A stretch of 64,000 nucleotides of DNA from Arenicellales bacterium. GTDB lineage: Bacteria; Pseudomonadota; Gammaproteobacteria; Arenicellales; JAJDZL01. Below the pieces are notes generated by a model. That model was given only the letters and a program-made list of their open reading frames with translations. It was not told the DNA's origin and searched no databases. Where the stretch lies: the NCBI GenBank assembly GCA_965200765.1, contig OZ241380.1, positions 1,106,417 to 1,170,416 on the forward strand, in the 5' to 3' direction. Numbering within the stretch: the stretch's first letter is position 1; every line of letters starts with the position of its first letter. Shown here piece by piece: positions 63,027-64,000 of the stretch. A program made the translations under genes and the position numbers.

Positions 63027-63553
63027 GGTTCTTTCTCCATTTGTTGTTTGCGTTGTGCGGCATCCTGAGCCGGATTTCTGATATGTTCCACGTCAGACAT
63101 ATCTACACCGTCAATTCGATATGCCTGTCCAAAGCCCTTGACATATACACCGCTTTCCGGTTTCAACTCATACATGCCAAAATCCGCTAGCTGAACAAGT
63201 GTATCGACGATTGCCCCAAAGCGATTTTTGTACAGGTCGATATATTTCTTGAATTCTTCTGTTTGTCGCTCGATGAATCTGGCTTTGCATTGCAGGGTGA
63301 AGCGTTCGCGAACAAACAAATTGGTTTGCGACTCGTCTTCAATGACCATCACCGATACATTGTTGTTTTCCGCGAGATTATGAGTGTGTATGGCCAAGCT
63401 GCTGATGAATACATACAGTCTGAATTTGTCGCCGCATAGATACGGTGCATAGCTCACATGCGGTGTGCCGGACTTGCTAACAGTCGCCATTTCCAGTGTA
63501 TAGCGTCGGACTAACAGTTGTTCAACTTCGTCAAGTATGTTTTCGGTATTCAT
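63023..63553 (-). CDS. PNPOx-fold protein (HugZ/HutZ heme-utilisation-like)
   Basis: 176-aa split-barrel pattern (LEMATVSKSGTPHVSYAPY...VSVMVIEDE). The family call comes from overall resemblance only. Confidence 0.5.
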   Translation of the reverse strand: MNTENILDEVEQLLVRRYTLEMATVSKSGTPHVSYAPYLCGDKFRLYVFISSLAIHTHNLAENNNVSVMVIEDESQTNLFVRERFTLQCKARFIERQTEEFKKYIDLYKNRFGAIVDTLVQLADFGMYELKPESGVYVKGFGQAYRIDGVDMSDVEHIRNPAQDAAQRKQQMEKEP

Positions 63554-63556
63554 GAC

Positions 63557-64000
63557 TCAGGCTCGAATTGCCCGATTCATGGCTTCAAAACCGGTTTCCA
63601 GGTCCGCTTTCAACTCATTGACATCTTCCAGTCCAATGTGAACTCTGAACAGTTGCTTGTCTTCATTCCATTTTTTGACTGAACGATAAGTGTTCGGAAA
63701 GGCCGGAAGAATCAAGCTTTCAAATCCGCCCCAGCTGTAGCCTATGCCAAACAATTCGACAGAATTGATCAGTGCGGCTACGGCCGCCTCGGAAGTTTCG
63801 TGTGTTTCAAAAGCAAATAATCCGCTAGCGCCTGTAAAATCCCGTTTCCAAAGCGTATGCCCTGAATCGCCGGGTAGTGCGGGGTGGATGACTCGCGAGA
63901 CTTCAGGGCACTCCAGCAACCAGTTGGCGATTTCCAAACCTGATTTCCAATGTTGCTGAAGTCGGGTCGGCATTGTGCGCAAGCCGCGCAAACCAAGAAA
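63557..64000 (-). CDS. metC: Cystathionine beta-lyase, C-terminal part (5' end beyond window edge)
   Basis: LRGLRTMPTRLQQH...HPALPGDSGHTLWKRDFTGASGLFAF...YSWGGFESLI...HIGLEDV closely tracks my recollection of the E. coli MetC C-terminus. The frame is open to nt 64000. Confidence 0.88.
   Translation of the reverse strand, partial: FLGLRGLRTMPTRLQQHWKSGLEIANWLLECPEVSRVIHPALPGDSGHTLWKRDFTGASGLFAFETHETSEAAVAALINSVELFGIGYSWGGFESLILPAFPNTYRSVKKWNEDKQLFRVHIGLEDVNELKADLETGFEAMNRAIRA

Noticed and set aside
1-64000. Scan for CRISPR arrays, tRNA/rRNA genes and IS elements.
   Set aside because: No regularly spaced direct repeats, no cloverleaf-compatible segments in the intergenic gaps I read, and no transposase- or integrase-like ORFs. 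A tRNAscan or Infernal run would be needed to exclude small RNAs formally.

Overview
Dense 64-kb chromosomal window with about 65 protein-coding genes. I recognised no rRNA, tRNA, CRISPR array, transposase or integrase. The gene content suggests a marine heterotrophic proteobacterium: a cysteine-free, HHHH-containing Irr-like Fur regulator, a TctABC transporter and a 'virulence-factor'-family small protein look alphaproteobacterial. That taxonomic call is inference only.

Main blocks:
- 1-1413: 3' part of a UvrA-family gene.
- 1429-11165 (minus strand): a tightly packed 10-gene corrinoid-dependent methyl-transfer operon. In transcription order it encodes an unknown protein, an MTHFR-like protein, a MIP channel, a stand-alone MetH-activation-like domain, a pterin-binding methyltransferase, a Zn-motif URO-D/MtaA-type methyltransferase, a corrinoid protein, a RACo-like [2Fe-2S]-ASKHA activase, a His8-bearing COG0523 GTPase and a GntR regulator.
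- 11.7-20 kb: acyl-CoA and oxidoreductase genes, including a SauS/SauT-like acylating aldehyde dehydrogenase plus CoA ligase pair.
- 20.0-29.2 kb (minus strand): a co-directional array of ureDABCEFG, a group II PLP decarboxylase, ETF-QO and a DUF1989 protein.
- 30.3-32.1 kb: an AT-rich islet with a beta-class DNA methyltransferase and a small partner gene split over two frames.
- 32-38 kb: PHA and acyl-CoA genes (phaC, MaoC/PhaJ-like, and others).
- 38-46 kb: miscellaneous redox and hydrolase genes.
- 46.8-50 kb: tctCBA.
- 50.0-50.9 kb: a single-HKD PLD-family nuclease-like protein with a C-terminal wHTH-like tail.
- 51.2-53.1 kb: a ZIP-type permease interrupted by two cyclic-nucleotide-binding domains.
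- 53.5-59 kb: a gamma-glutamyl-amine (PuuA/PuuB-like) catabolic group.
- 59-64 kb: Irr-like regulator, AlkB, GloB, a HugZ-like protein and partial metC.

The best candidate for an undescribed system is the corrinoid methyl-relay operon. It resembles a split MetH or three-component methyltransferase, but it uses a URO-D-family zinc methyltransferase, carries two different reactivation modules, and includes its own channel and metallochaperone. Its substrate and direction cannot be read from the sequence.
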